8,620 nucleotides of DNA. It comes from Amoeboradix gromovi X-113. Its lineage: Eukaryota; Fungi; Sanchytriomycota. This document shows positions 7,801 through 8,620 of this stretch, piece after piece. Position numbers and translations under genes: made by a program. Location of the stretch: positions 1 to 8,620 of the forward strand of contig JADGIF010000435.1 of NCBI GenBank assembly GCA_018985225.1, given 5' to 3'. Numbering within the stretch: the stretch's first letter is position 1; the number at the start of each line of letters is the position of its first letter. The notes below the pieces were generated by a model. It was not told the DNA's origin, made no database searches, and saw only the letters and a program-made list of their open reading frames with translations.

Positions 7801-8421
7801 AACAATAGGATCACCAATATCCTGCGAGTTAAAAGCGTTTATCAAGGTCTCGACGTAAAGTTCTACGAAACCCTGTTCAGGTGAGATAGGCAATCTAAGG
7901 TATTTAAGATTAAAACCCTGATCAATAAAGAATTGCACCATCTCTTTCGGTGTTTCTATTTCCATTACGGCCATCCAACAAGGAATGAGTACCCCATCAA
8001 TTTCTTCGTGAACCAGCAGTAAATTGTTAGACTTACATTCTTCTATAATATCGCATTTTAATCTGTATTCTAGCTGCTCTAATCTTTTAGTATTTATGCC
8101 AGAATATTTCAATTTTCGGTGAGGCTCCCATTCATTCCTTAACAAGTAGGGTTGTCCGTTTATGTATACCAAGGGCTCTTCTCTAGTGTTAACCCACAAG
8201 ATACGCTCCTTTAGCAAAGTTAGAATAGTTAACCATCCAGTCTTAGTAGGCTGGGCTACCCCATATATATTTTGGATTCCTCGGAAATGTTTAGCACCTT
8301 GAATATGATCCCCTTTGCCGATAGAATGAAAAAGATCAGCTTTCAATATTGTTTGCCTACTTAGAACGGCCCCTTTTCTATTTCTTACGATAGAAACAAC
8401 TGCTTTAATATCTATGTCCAT
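4851..8421 (-). CDS. Paladin-like / PTP-like phytase (inositol hexakisphosphate domain) protein with three tandem repeats; spliced as complement(join(4851..5317,5337..8421)), 1183 aa
   Basis: Three repeats each begin NRxGxxL...TILKxD and contain W...REEP.xY....PY.LR, Y.R.PI and a CX5R loop: CGIGASR (7774-7794), CQMGVGR (6517-6537) and CQMGRGR (spliced, 5307-5346). Exons of 3085+467 nt give 3552 nt, or 1184 codons including the TAG. This unites the 1032-aa and 173-aa track ORFs. Confidence 0.88.
5318..5336 (-). other. 19-nt spliceosomal GT-AG micro-intron (GTATCAATTATTAATTTAG)
   Basis: Minus strand reads ATG G|GTATCAATTATTAATTTAG|GC AGA GGC AGA ACG ACA ACA GGA ATG. Removal restores NCQMGRGRTTTGM exactly, removes the in-frame TAA and fixes the frame. 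Confidence 0.88.
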
Positions 8422-8428
8422 TCTAGTT

Positions 8429-8620
8429 TCAAGGATAGTATGGGACGTATGTCATAATAAAATATTTCTGCAAGTTTTCCGAGAATGTTAGTTCCTCCAT
8501 GGTATTTTTTTGTAGCCACAATGACAGTTCGCGTCCCGCTTTCATGTATTTAGAAAAGTCAAGAGACCATATTCCAGTGATATAGCTCATGTTATCACAA
8601 TAAATGATTTTTTTATTGAA
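8429..8620 (-). CDS. Possible 3' end of an unidentified upstream gene (partial, 63 codons plus stop)
   Basis: Frame is open from the window edge: FNKKIIYCDNMSYITGIWSLDFSKYMKAGRELSLWLQKNTMEELTFSENLQKYFIMTYVPYYP*. It ends 7 nt before the paladin-like ATG. No family recognised and no AATAAA at its stop. Confidence 0.3.
   Translation of the reverse strand, partial: FNKKIIYCDNMSYITGIWSLDFSKYMKAGRELSLWLQKNTMEELTFSENLQKYFIMTYVPYYP

Noticed and set aside
5501-7884. Track ORFs 5501-5701, 5871-6053, 7052-7258 and 7696-7884
   Set aside because: Antisense shadows of the paladin-like CDS with no recognisable motifs.
8429-8620. Tc1/IS630 DDE-like resemblance (IIYCDNMSY...VPYYP)
   Set aside because: Lacks the His of DNAxxH and the LNPIE motif; too weak to call.

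Overview
Eukaryotic, AT-rich, very compact genomic DNA read with the standard code. It is most consistent with a streamlined early-diverging fungus or a related opisthokont, but that taxonomy is inference. Four host genes are recognisable: a shortened MPN-domain protein resembling COP9 signalosome subunit 6 (147-740 +), the spliceosomal DEAH helicase Prp16 (751-3450 -), GINS subunit Psf2 (3449-4012 +), and a paladin-like protein with three PTP-like repeats (4851-8421 -). Highlights: (1) a 19-nt GT-AG micro-intron sits inside the third CX5R catalytic loop of the paladin-like gene; (2) the divergent PRP16 and PSF2 genes take their first ATGs from one shared CATG palindrome, with no intergenic DNA; (3) an internally deleted IS607/Fanzor2-type element (~4140-4748) joins the TnpA N-terminal HTH in frame to the Fanzor/TnpB C-terminus and keeps a GC-rich, structured candidate omegaRNA; (4) AATAAA signals overlap or abut stop codons. 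No rRNA, tRNA or CRISPR array is evident.
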